From contig CAXXXD010000004.1 of assembly GCA_963663385.2 (NCBI GenBank), forward strand, positions 768,001 through 832,000: a stretch of 64,000 nucleotides of DNA, in the 5' to 3' direction. Every line of letters starts with the position of its first letter. The stretch's first letter is position 1. The position numbers were made by a program, and so were the translations under genes. Under the pieces are notes generated by a model, which was not told the origin of the DNA, made no database searches, and worked only from the letters and a program-made list of their open reading frames with translations. Shown in pieces: positions 30,185-39,253 of this stretch. This DNA comes from Oceanispirochaeta sp. (lineage in GTDB: Bacteria; Spirochaetota; Spirochaetia; DSM-2461).

Positions 30185-31009
30185 GTGTTGAAACAACAAT
30201 TTTATTCCAACTCTAAGGTCCCTCAGGTGAACCTCCTTTTCTGCGGAGAAGAGCATTGCTCCCCCTCTCATGAATTCGGAGGGCACCGGCCCTATCTGAT
30301 TCTGCATATTGTAAGGAAGGGGAGGGGGAGTTTTTCCTGGAGAAGTAAATCCTGGTTTCTGGGTGAGGGGGATGCCTTTCTGATCTTTCCGGAAGAAGTG
30401 CATCTCTATCAGGCGGATGCGGTAGATCCATGGCATTACTTCTGGCTGGCTCTGGACAGGTCTATTGTTCCCTATCTGGAGGATCAGGGGTTTTCCCAGG
30501 AGTCTCCCATTCTCCGTTCCTCTGACCCTGACAAGATTTATTGCCTGTATAAAAGTATGATTCCGGGACGGGAGGAGCGGGAGGCCGGATGGGATCTGAA
30601 GCAGTATGCTGCTGTGTATGGAATTCTGGCGGATCTTTTATCGCACAGGGAGAATAGGGGAGCCGTCTTATCTCCTTCTGTGCGTCCTGACCATGTAAAA
30701 GCCATGACAACGTTTATGGGAGAGTATTTTCATACACCTATTGCGGTACAGGATGTGGCCGACTATGTTCATCTGGAAAGAACCTATGCTTCCCGTATTT
30801 TTAAAACTGAAACAGGGTACGGAATTGCCGGATATATTAGGATCCTGCGTCTGGAAAAATCCCGGGAGTATCTCCTCAAGGGGTTTTCTGTCAAACAGGC
30901 TGCCTACAGTTCCGGTTTTCAGGTGTATGAGAATTTTCTTAAACTGTTTAAAAAAACCTATGGTCTCAGTCCCGGAGTCTTTCAGAAGGACCAGGGCATT
31001 AGAGAGTAA
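30185..31009 (+). CDS. AraC family regulator divergent from melA
   Basis: Cupin CGEEHC.PSH.FG...LHIV..G.G and C-terminal double HTH. Confidence 0.9.
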   Translation: MLKQQFYSNSKVPQVNLLFCGEEHCSPSHEFGGHRPYLILHIVRKGRGSFSWRSKSWFLGEGDAFLIFPEEVHLYQADAVDPWHYFWLALDRSIVPYLEDQGFSQESPILRSSDPDKIYCLYKSMIPGREEREAGWDLKQYAAVYGILADLLSHRENRGAVLSPSVRPDHVKAMTTFMGEYFHTPIAVQDVADYVHLERTYASRIFKTETGYGIAGYIRILRLEKSREYLLKGFSVKQAAYSSGFQVYENFLKLFKKTYGLSPGVFQKDQGIRE

Positions 31010-31015
31010 AAGGAT

Positions 31016-31780
31016 TCAGAAAAACTCGTTCCAGAACAGACGGATAATAGTCAGGGCCACAACAGCGAGGAAGAAGATTCTGACAAACCGTGTTCCCCTG
31101 CGGATTACCAGGTGTGAACCGATCCAGGCCCCGCAGACCTGTCCCAGTCCCATTACAATCCCGGCAATGAATATGACCTTTCCTCCTATCAGAAATACGG
31201 TAAGAGATACAATATTGCTGGTAAAGTTTGTAATTTTGGTATTGGCCGTTGCCGACTTCAGATCCAGTCCCACCATGGTGACCAGGGCGATGGTCCAGAA
31301 AGACCCGGTTCCGGGGCCGAAAAATCCGTCATAGAAACCGAACAGCAGCCCGGCAATAATATAAAATAACCAGAGAGACAGACGGGCGTGCTGTTCCTTC
31401 TTTCCCAGATCGGGTGAAAACAGGGTGTAAAAGAATATCGCCGTCAGGATAAAGGGGATGAAACGTCCCAGAAAATCGGCGGGGATATGCTGTATGAGCC
31501 AGGTTCCCAGAGCCGCCCCGACAAGTGTCGCCCCAACACCTATCCACAGTTTCTCCCTTTTTAAAAGCCCCGAACCTGTATAACGGACTGCTGCTGTAAA
31601 GGAGCCGAAACTGGACTGCAGTTTATTTGTTCCCAGGGCAAGGTGAGGGGGAATTCCTGCTGCCAGCAGGGATGGGACGGTAATCAGTCCTCCTCCTCCT
31701 GCAATGGAGTCCACAAAACCGGCGACAAAGGCCATGGCTGCCAGAAACAGCAGTTTTATAAGGGATAGTTCATATTCCAT
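31016..31780 (-). CDS. TSUP (TauE/SafE, YfcA-like) transporter
   Basis: AGFVDSIAGGGGLITVP, ALGTNKLQ, GFYDGFFGPGTGSF. Confidence 0.92.
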   Translation of the reverse strand: MEYELSLIKLLFLAAMAFVAGFVDSIAGGGGLITVPSLLAAGIPPHLALGTNKLQSSFGSFTAAVRYTGSGLLKREKLWIGVGATLVGAALGTWLIQHIPADFLGRFIPFILTAIFFYTLFSPDLGKKEQHARLSLWLFYIIAGLLFGFYDGFFGPGTGSFWTIALVTMVGLDLKSATANTKITNFTSNIVSLTVFLIGGKVIFIAGIVMGLGQVCGAWIGSHLVIRRGTRFVRIFFLAVVALTIIRLFWNEFF

Positions 31781-31906
31781 AAGGCTATCCTACTCCTGCA
31801 GTCTTTTTTTGTACAGCACTGGGGTTTTTCGCCGTTCTATAGTGAATCAGACCTGGTTGTTAAATTAGTCATGGATTTTGGTCGCTTAAAAAAGAAAAAC
31901 AGATTT

Positions 31907-31921
31907 TGGCACGTTTATTGT
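31907..31921 (+). promoter_or_regulatory. Putative sigma54 -24/-12 promoter
   Basis: TGGCACG-TTTA-TTGT versus consensus TGGCACG-N4-TTGC, ~60 bp upstream of the small membrane gene. Confidence 0.65.
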
Positions 31922-31981
31922 TTAATAGAGTAACAGAGAATGGTATGAAAGGCTTCATTAGTCTTTCCAAGGAGATAAAGG

Positions 31982-32239
31982 ATGTTTGAACTGCTGTTTC
32001 TGGGAATGATTTTGATTATGGGAGGATTGCTGATACTGAAAGTCCTGTTTCTTCTGCTTGGACTGATCTTTACGGGAGTCGGTTTCTTTCTGAAAATAAT
32101 ACTGACGGTTGTTTTCTGTGTCATATTCTTTCCCCTGGCGGCTACCGTACTGGGTGTTGTCTTTTCAGGAGGATTTTTCATTGTCCTTATGATATTGATC
32201 GGTCTGGGGGCTCTGGTCGGAGAGAAGAACCCCGGCTGA
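31982..32239 (+). CDS. Small integral membrane protein, possibly PspG-like
   Basis: 85 aa, almost wholly hydrophobic; AAGGAG RBS; N-terminus MFELLFL resembles PspG MLELLFV. Confidence 0.7.
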   Translation: MFELLFLGMILIMGGLLILKVLFLLLGLIFTGVGFFLKIILTVVFCVIFFPLAATVLGVVFSGGFFIVLMILIGLGALVGEKNPG

Positions 32240-32241
32240 TG

Positions 32242-33918
32242 TTAAAGGGTTTCCCCGTAGGCAATGGCATCCTGTATTTCAGGAAATATATTTGTTTCCT
32301 CAATGGTACCCATTTTGTTAAACTTCTCTTTTAATCGGTCATTAACCCCCGAAAAGAGGATATGAATGTTCTTTTTTTTCATATCTTTCAGGAATACCTC
32401 CAGTTTCGTGAGACCTGAAGTATCAATCAGAGGAACATAACGGAATCGGAGGATCAGAACCCGGGTGTCTTTTTTTATACTCCCTTTCAGGTTGAGCAAA
32501 TGATGAACCGAGCCGAAAAACATGGGGCCGTTCAGCTCGAAAATCCGGATATGCCGGGAGTATTCTCCGATTTCCTGGGAGAATATCTTCTGGTCATTAA
32601 CCTTTGATGTCATCAAAGGTGTGAGTTCCATGGAATCCGACATCCTTTTCATAAAGAGGATGGTCGACAGGATAAAACCGGCCGGAATGGCAACGGTCAA
32701 ATCCGTTATCAGAGTGAGGGCGAATGTGGTCAGCAGAACAATTGACTCATAGCGGTTGATTTTCAATGTGTTTCTGAATACATGGAGTTCGCTCATATTC
32801 CAGGCAACAATTATCAGGATACCCGCCAGGGTGCTCATGGGGATAAAACCCACGACAGGCATGGCCACCACGTAAATCAGAAGCAGGGTCGCGGCATGAA
32901 TAATACCGGCCAGGGGCGTTCTGCCGCCATTATTGATGTTGGCAGCTGTCCGGGCTATGGCCCCTGTTGCCGGTATGCCCCCGAAAAGGGGCAGGATGGC
33001 ATTGGCGGTGCCCTGGGCAATCAGTTCAATATTGGAACGATGATGGCCGCCGATCATGCTGTCTGCCACAACGGCAGACAGAAGGGATTCCAGAGCGCCA
33101 AGCAGGGCAATGGTAATCGCCGGAGGGAGGAGCTCTGCGATACGGGACGGATTAAGATTGAAGTGCTGCAGATGAGGCAGGGAAAAAGCCAGATTGCCAA
33201 AACGGCTTCCGATCGTTTCTACAGGAAGCCCGGCCAGTTTCGCCGCCAGTGTGGTAAGGATAAGGGCGGCAAACGCAGGCGGAACCTTCCCGGATATTCG
33301 GGGTATTAAAAGGATCAGTATTATGGTTGTCAGTCCGATGGTGAGAGACCAGGGATCGGCGCAGTGGATATGGCTGATGTAATACCCCCACTTTCCCAGA
33401 AAGGATTCGGGTATCCCCGCAGCAGGCAGACCGAGGAAGTCCTTGATCTGTGTTGTAAAGATAATAGCTCCGATGGCAGTGGTAAAGCCGGTTATCAGGG
33501 TCTGGGGGATGTATTTTAAAAGAGAGCCCATCCTGAAGAGTCCCATTAATATGAGGATAATGCCGGCCAGAAAGGTGGAGATAAGCAGGCCATCCATACC
33601 ATACCGTTTTATAATTGAAAAAATAATGACAATAAAAGCCCCCGTTGGGCCTCCTATCTGTACGCGGCTTCCTCCCAGGATGGAAATGATTAAACCGCCG
33701 ATGATGGCTGTCTGTATCCCTACTTCCGGAGAAACACCTGATGCGATAGCAAAAGCTATGGCCAGGGGAAGGGCGATAATCCCTACCATAATTCCGGCTG
33801 TTATATCTTTCTGTATCTGTTTTTTAGTTATCCCTTCTTTTAAAAGGGTAAATAGTTTTGGCTGCCATTCTGTGGATATCATGGTTGATGGTTTAATCCT
33901 TTTTTCAGGATTAGGCAA
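32242..33918 (-). CDS. SulP family anion transporter with STAS domain
   Basis: DITAGIMVGIIALPLAIAFAIASG, GGSRVQIGGPTGAF, ATGAIART, STAS GPMFFG...DTSG. Confidence 0.93.
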   Translation of the reverse strand: MPNPEKRIKPSTMISTEWQPKLFTLLKEGITKKQIQKDITAGIMVGIIALPLAIAFAIASGVSPEVGIQTAIIGGLIISILGGSRVQIGGPTGAFIVIIFSIIKRYGMDGLLISTFLAGIILILMGLFRMGSLLKYIPQTLITGFTTAIGAIIFTTQIKDFLGLPAAGIPESFLGKWGYYISHIHCADPWSLTIGLTTIILILLIPRISGKVPPAFAALILTTLAAKLAGLPVETIGSRFGNLAFSLPHLQHFNLNPSRIAELLPPAITIALLGALESLLSAVVADSMIGGHHRSNIELIAQGTANAILPLFGGIPATGAIARTAANINNGGRTPLAGIIHAATLLLIYVVAMPVVGFIPMSTLAGILIIVAWNMSELHVFRNTLKINRYESIVLLTTFALTLITDLTVAIPAGFILSTILFMKRMSDSMELTPLMTSKVNDQKIFSQEIGEYSRHIRIFELNGPMFFGSVHHLLNLKGSIKKDTRVLILRFRYVPLIDTSGLTKLEVFLKDMKKKNIHILFSGVNDRLKEKFNKMGTIEETNIFPEIQDAIAYGETL

Positions 33919-34054
33919 TATGTTCTGTAATACTTTTTATGGATATAAAATATTCCGGTATTACTAATATTTTGATAGATGACGGGAAGATCAGGAGCCG
34001 AAACCGCAGGTATGGGATCTTGCCTGTTTTGCCGAAGCGTGATTTGATAGAGAC

Positions 34055-35509
34055 ATGACCTTACTCTGGTACGACCTTGAAACTTTCGGGAAAAATCCCC
34101 GCTGGGACCGTGTGGCTCAGTTTGCCGCTGTCAGAACAAATGACCGGTTTGAACCGGTAGAGGACCCCATCGTCCTTTACTGCCGGATTACTCCCGACTA
34201 TGTACCCGATCCCTATGCCTGTCTGGTCACAGGCATCACTCCCCAGGAAACCCTTGATAAAGGCCTTAGAGAGTATGATTTTATCAAGGCTATCGACAAG
34301 GAGTTCTCCCGTCCGGGGACCTGCACTGTAGGGTACAACAGTATCCGTTTCGATGACGAGTTTATCCGCAACCTCTATTACAGAAATTTTTTCGATCCCT
34401 ATCGAAGGGAGTGGGCAGATGGGAATTCCCGCTGGGATATTCTGGATCTTGTCCGGGCAACACATGACCTCAGGCCGGAGGGGATCAACTGGATTAAACA
34501 TGAGGACGGGCGACCCCTGTTCAAGCTTGAAAAACTGACAGAAGCAAACGGCATTTCCCATGAACATGCCCATGACGCCCTCTCCGATGTTTATGCAACC
34601 ATTGCCATGGCAAAACTTATATCCGACAAGCAGCCCAAGCTGTTCCGCTGGGTATTCCATAACAGGAAAAAGGACGATCTGCGGCGGATAATCAATCTGG
34701 ATACCAGGGAGCCTGTCGTTCATACCTCGGGTATGCTGACCGGCATGAAAGGCTGCACGTCTCTGATGGCTCCTCTGGTAACAGACCCGGTTGTCCGCAA
34801 TATGGTACACTGTTTCGATCTGCGTTACAGTCCCATCCCCCTGATGGAGCTGTCTGTCGAGGACATCCGTCACCGTCTGTTTACACCCCGTAAACAGCTG
34901 GAAGAGGAGGGGGTTGAACGCATTCCTCTTAAGGGAATTCATCTTGGCAAGTGCCCGGTTGTGGCTCCTCTCGGTACTCTGGACGATGAAGCGGCGGAGC
35001 GTCTTGAGATTGACCGCAGTAAATGTATGCAGCACTGGGACATGCTGCAGAGTGATCCCTCCCTGCTGCAGAAAGTTCGTAAAGTATTCGAAAAAGAGAA
35101 GCCTGCTTTCCCTTCCGAGGAAGATCCTGATATGCAGATCTATTCGGGAGGGTTCTTCCGGGATGACGACAAGGCACGCCTGAGTATTATCCATGAAACC
35201 GAACCGGAGGAACTGAAAAATCTGACCCTCAATTTTCATGATCCCAGGATATCCGAAATGCTCCGCCGTTTTATCGGACGGAATTTTCCCCAGACTCTGG
35301 ATGAAGAGGAAATGCGCATCTGGAAGAGTTCCTGTGCTGCCCGCATCCTCTTTCCCAAAGGGAAAGGTTTGATGGATCACGGGGAGTTTCTGAAAATTCT
35401 GGAACAGCTTAAGTATTCCACCGATGTCACACCGCGGCAGAAAGTCGTGGTTAAAGCCCTGGCCGATTATGAACAGATTCTTCAGAAGCAGGTTCTGTCG
35501 CATAAGTAA
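34055..35509 (+). CDS. sbcB: Exodeoxyribonuclease I
   Basis: WYDLETFG..PRWDRVAQFA, GYNSIRFDDE, NSRWDILD, RPEGINW, AHDALSDVYATI, YSGGFF. Confidence 0.95.
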   Translation: MTLLWYDLETFGKNPRWDRVAQFAAVRTNDRFEPVEDPIVLYCRITPDYVPDPYACLVTGITPQETLDKGLREYDFIKAIDKEFSRPGTCTVGYNSIRFDDEFIRNLYYRNFFDPYRREWADGNSRWDILDLVRATHDLRPEGINWIKHEDGRPLFKLEKLTEANGISHEHAHDALSDVYATIAMAKLISDKQPKLFRWVFHNRKKDDLRRIINLDTREPVVHTSGMLTGMKGCTSLMAPLVTDPVVRNMVHCFDLRYSPIPLMELSVEDIRHRLFTPRKQLEEEGVERIPLKGIHLGKCPVVAPLGTLDDEAAERLEIDRSKCMQHWDMLQSDPSLLQKVRKVFEKEKPAFPSEEDPDMQIYSGGFFRDDDKARLSIIHETEPEELKNLTLNFHDPRISEMLRRFIGRNFPQTLDEEEMRIWKSSCAARILFPKGKGLMDHGEFLKILEQLKYSTDVTPRQKVVVKALADYEQILQKQVLSHK

Positions 35510-35531
35510 TTGTTTTTTTGGGGGACTTTTC

Positions 35532-36365
35532 GGGGACGGAGGTTACATTTTTGTTTTATTTTAATAATTTCTAACGATATTAGCAGGGCTGATGGCTCGA
35601 AAGGATTTCAGGATGCTGGAAGGTGCTGTTGATATTATTAGAATCCGGCTGATTAATGAACAATAGAGCGGATCTTCTTGTTAATTGATCGGTTTGAATT
35701 AGGTTTGCTTTTGAAGTTGACGGTTCTCAATTGTTTTCATGATTTAGTGGGAAATCGATTATAGAGAATATTTTGGAAAGCTTGACAGGATATTTTGTTA
35801 GCTGAATACCAGTTTTATCCAGTCATCGGGAGGATCCATTATCTTGTATCTTCCCCTGACTAATTCATATAGACCACAATAGATGTATTTTCTGGCATCC
35901 ATACAAATTCCGGCTTTAACGGGATTGTTGGTAATATAGTTGAAGGTGTTGATAAACTGAATGAAGTTTCTGACTATGACACTTTTAAAGCGGTCATACC
36001 ACACATGTCCTTTAAAGCCGTTTATTTTATTAAAGCGGATGGCAAAAACACTCAAAATCCATTGCATCAACTTTGACAGGCTCGTTCCGGTTCCCGGTTC
36101 TATCAACAAATGAATATGATTACTCATTACACTGTAATGCAATATCTTAAAGCTGTACTTCTTTTTCGCAGAAGATAAAACGGTTATGAACAGCTCTTTG
36201 ATTTCATCGTGATCCAAAACGAATTCTCCTCGATTGATTTTAGCCGTAATATGGTAAGTGGCTCCTGCCTGGATGATTCTTGCCTTTCTCATACTGAATT
36301 AACTGATGAATATTTAGTGGTGATTCAATCCTGTTGCAAAAGTTAAAAACAAAACCTCCGTCCCC
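35532..36365. mobile_element. Y1-transposase element bounded by subterminal inverted repeats (STIR-type)
   Basis: GGGGACGGAGGTT (35532-35544) and its exact reverse complement AACCTCCGTCCCC (36353-36365); AT-rich interior; extra GGGGAC at 35521-35526. Confidence 0.7.
35798..36292 (-). CDS. Y1 HUH tyrosine transposase (IS200/RAYT superfamily)
   Basis: YHITAK, YSVMSNHIHLLI (HUH), GHVWYDRFKS, YITNNPVKAG. Confidence 0.92.
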   Translation of the reverse strand: MRKARIIQAGATYHITAKINRGEFVLDHDEIKELFITVLSSAKKKYSFKILHYSVMSNHIHLLIEPGTGTSLSKLMQWILSVFAIRFNKINGFKGHVWYDRFKSVIVRNFIQFINTFNYITNNPVKAGICMDARKYIYCGLYELVRGRYKIMDPPDDWIKLVFS

Positions 36366-36379
36366 TCCAGAAATTCCTC

Positions 36380-36419
36380 TTGACCTCCGGTATAGACCAT
36401 GCTATTAATGGACTATACC
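36380..36419 (+). promoter_or_regulatory. Promoter with overlapping inverted-repeat operator for the GntR/glutamate mutase operon
   Basis: TTGACC 36380-36385, 17 bp, TATTAA; operator GGTATAGACCAT-N7-ATGGACTATACC (11/12 palindromic). Confidence 0.7.
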
Positions 36420-36437
36420 AATTTTACGGTGGTACAT

Positions 36438-37427
36438 ATGATCAAGGTGGAAATAGATAAAAGCAGCGCTGTCCCCGTCTACAGGCAGCTTATGCAGAAT
36501 ATTGTCCGGCAGGTTAAAGACGGGCAATTGAAGCCGGGGGACAAACTGCCTCCCGAAAGGGAGCTGGCCCTTGAGCTGGATGTGGCCCGGGGGACGGTAA
36601 AGAAAGCCTACAGCGAGCTGGAAAATACCCGCATTATTGACGTTATTCAGGGGCGGGGCAGTTTTGTCGCCAGAGCTCAGGATGTGGTTGTTCAGAGCCG
36701 GAAAGACAGGGCTGTTTCCCTGATCGATCATGCCCTGGACGAGCTGGAAGATCTGAAATTCTCCAGGCAGGAAATCCAGACTTTTTTTCACCTTCTGATG
36801 ATGAAGCGGGAGCAGCGTATCCTGGATTTCAATGTGGCCGTTATCGACTGCAATATGGAAGCCCTTTCTGTTATAGAAAAGCAGCTGCAGTATATTTCCC
36901 GCATTAAAATTCATAAATACCTGCTGGATGATCTGAATAACGAAAACGATCCCCAGCAGAGGCTGAGCGGGTTTGACATCATCATTACAACATCCACTCA
37001 TTTCAGTGAGTTGACGGGACTTCTTCCCGATCTGGCGGACCGGATTGTGCAGGCGGCTCTCTCTCCCAGTCAGCAGACAATTATTGATCTGGCTTCCATC
37101 AAGTCGGAGAACAGTATCGGTATTATCTGTCACAGTAACCGCTTCCGGGATATTATTAAATCCAGACTGAAAACCTTCGGAATCCCCACAAAATCCATTC
37201 CCACCCTCAGAGCGGAAAAGGAGAAGGATTACCATGCTTTTCTAAAGGATAAACAGGTTATTATCGTTCCTCCCGACAGTTCGATCGGAGAAGGAAAAAT
37301 CCGGGCCGCCGCTCTGCAGGATTTTACCACACGGGGCGGGACGGTTATCCCTTTCAACTATCAGATAGACAGGGGCTCCCTGATCTATATCGAGGAGCAG
37401 ATCTCCGAAAGGCTGAATAAAAAATGA
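36438..37427 (+). CDS. GntR family regulator with an uncharacterised C-terminal domain
   Basis: PVYRQL...[26 protein letters not shown]...QGRGSFV; start moved to ATG 36438, downstream of the promoter. Confidence 0.88.
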   Translation: MIKVEIDKSSAVPVYRQLMQNIVRQVKDGQLKPGDKLPPERELALELDVARGTVKKAYSELENTRIIDVIQGRGSFVARAQDVVVQSRKDRAVSLIDHALDELEDLKFSRQEIQTFFHLLMMKREQRILDFNVAVIDCNMEALSVIEKQLQYISRIKIHKYLLDDLNNENDPQQRLSGFDIIITTSTHFSELTGLLPDLADRIVQAALSPSQQTIIDLASIKSENSIGIICHSNRFRDIIKSRLKTFGIPTKSIPTLRAEKEKDYHAFLKDKQVIIVPPDSSIGEGKIRAAALQDFTTRGGTVIPFNYQIDRGSLIYIEEQISERLNKK

Positions 37428-37846
37428 GTGCAGAAGGAAGAACGATTGTATTGGGTGTAATCGGGGCGGATTGCCACTCCGTAGGGAACAAGATCCTGGA
37501 CCGCTTTTTTACAGAGGCCGGGTTTAGGGTGATTAATCTGGGAGTCATGGTCAGTCAGGATGAATACATTGATGCGGCCATTGAGACAGATGCGGACGCC
37601 ATCCTGGTATCTTCCCTCTACGGCCATGGCGAGATCGACTGTCAGGGATTCCGGGACCGCTGCATTGAACGCGGACTGGAGGATATAGTGCTCCATGTGG
37701 GGGGGAACCTGGTTATCGGAAAAGCAGATAAAGAGGCAGTCCGGAAGAAATTCCATGATATGGGATTCGACCGGGTTCATATTGCAGGGACACCTCTGGA
37801 GACAGCTCTGGCGGACTTGAAAACAGACCTGCATATTCAGGACTGA
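37424..37846 (+). CDS. glmS: Glutamate (methylaspartate) mutase S subunit, B12-binding
   Basis: [16 protein letters not shown] (DxHxxG), [23 protein letters not shown]. Confidence 0.96.
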   Translation: MSAEGRTIVLGVIGADCHSVGNKILDRFFTEAGFRVINLGVMVSQDEYIDAAIETDADAILVSSLYGHGEIDCQGFRDRCIERGLEDIVLHVGGNLVIGKADKEAVRKKFHDMGFDRVHIAGTPLETALADLKTDLHIQD

Positions 37847-37861
37847 AGGCAGCGCAGGCAG

Positions 37862-39253
37862 ATGGTTATCAGCATCGACATCGGTTCCACCTGGACGAAA
37901 GGGGCTCTCTTCAAACCTGTCCGGGGGCGTCTGGCTATGAGGCAGCGGGAAGTCCTGCCGACCACAGTCCGGGACCTTTCCCGGGGATTTCAGATTGTTC
38001 TGGAACGACTGAAAGGGAAAGCCGAAGCAGATCCCGGCTGGGACGGGAGTCTTTCGGTCTGCTGTTCTTCCTCCGCTCACGGCGGACTGAAGATGGCGGC
38101 TATCGGTGTGGTTCCGGGATTAACCCTTAAAGCCGCCCGGCTGGCTGCGCTTTCGGCGGGGGCTAAACTGGTTTTTTCCCGTTCCTACAGGATGATTCGG
38201 GATGATCTGACGGCTCTGGAAGAAGCCGGTCCGGATATGATACTGCTTACGGGAGGTACCGACGGCGGGAACAGAAGTTTTATTCTGCATAATGCCGAAC
38301 TTCTGAATGAATTGTCCCTGTCGGTTCCCATTCTCTATGCGGGCAACAGGGATTTGAGGGATGATGTAGCCCGCATACTGAAAAACAGGGAGCTCCACCT
38401 GGCGGAAAATGTCCTGCCGGACCTGGAGAACCCCCGTCCCGATGAAGCCAGAGGGCGGATCCGGGAACTTTTTCTTTCCCGGATTATTCAGGGGAAGGGA
38501 TTAACCGGTGTCCGTGATCTGTCCGGTGCTGATCCGGTTCCGACCCCGGCTTCCCTCTATGATTTTCTGCGTCTGGTTGATCAATCCGGAAAGGTGAAGG
38601 AGCCCTTCTGTCTGGTTGACATGGGCGGAGCAACCACCGACTGTTATTCCGTTCGAAGGGATATCCCCGATTCCCGTACGGTGCTGAAGGGCTTGAGGGA
38701 GCCGGATCTGAAGCGGACCGTTGAAGGAGACCTGGGCCTCCGGGTCAGTGCTGCCTCCGTTCTGGAGGCTGAAGACGGGAGCATCTTTTCCGTTATTGAC
38801 CGGGAAGGACTTGACCGGGAGGAATTCAAATCCTATGTAAAACGGATCAGTGCTTCAACCGAATACCTCCCGCAGAATACAAAGGAAAAATCCTATGACC
38901 GCATTCTGGCTGATTTCTGTTTCAGGACAGCCCTTCAGCGCCATGCCGGCCGTGTCCGGGAGGTCTATACCAATCAGGGACAGACCTTTCTGCAGGAAGG
39001 AAAAAACCTGAATGCAGTAAAACTGATTATCGGTACGGGAGGGTATCTTGCTGCATCAGAAGACTATCATCCGGAACAGATACCGCTGACCGGTTTGGAC
39101 AGAAAGGGGCTTCAGATACTGGGACCTGAAGAATTTACATATAGAACGGATAGGGGGTATGTCCTTCCTCTGCTGGCCAATGCCGGCCGGGTCTATCCGG
39201 AAGAATCAGTTAATACAATGCTTGCTCTTTGTGAGGGGAATCTATGGAATTAG
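37862..39253 (+). CDS. glmL: Glutamate mutase reactivase/accessory protein GlmL (MutL)
   Basis: DIGSTWTK, CSSSAHGGL, GGTDGGN, VDMGGATTD.YS, KRTVEGDLGLRVSA. Confidence 0.93.
   Translation: MVISIDIGSTWTKGALFKPVRGRLAMRQREVLPTTVRDLSRGFQIVLERLKGKAEADPGWDGSLSVCCSSSAHGGLKMAAIGVVPGLTLKAARLAALSAGAKLVFSRSYRMIRDDLTALEEAGPDMILLTGGTDGGNRSFILHNAELLNELSLSVPILYAGNRDLRDDVARILKNRELHLAENVLPDLENPRPDEARGRIRELFLSRIIQGKGLTGVRDLSGADPVPTPASLYDFLRLVDQSGKVKEPFCLVDMGGATTDCYSVRRDIPDSRTVLKGLREPDLKRTVEGDLGLRVSAASVLEAEDGSIFSVIDREGLDREEFKSYVKRISASTEYLPQNTKEKSYDRILADFCFRTALQRHAGRVREVYTNQGQTFLQEGKNLNAVKLIIGTGGYLAASEDYHPEQIPLTGLDRKGLQILGPEEFTYRTDRGYVLPLLANAGRVYPEESVNTMLALCEGNLWN

Noticed and set aside
34061..35503. 480-aa antisense ORF spanning nearly all of sbcB
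   Set aside because: Codon-aligned shadow of a well-conserved gene; no recognisable motifs; similar long shadows occur across the window
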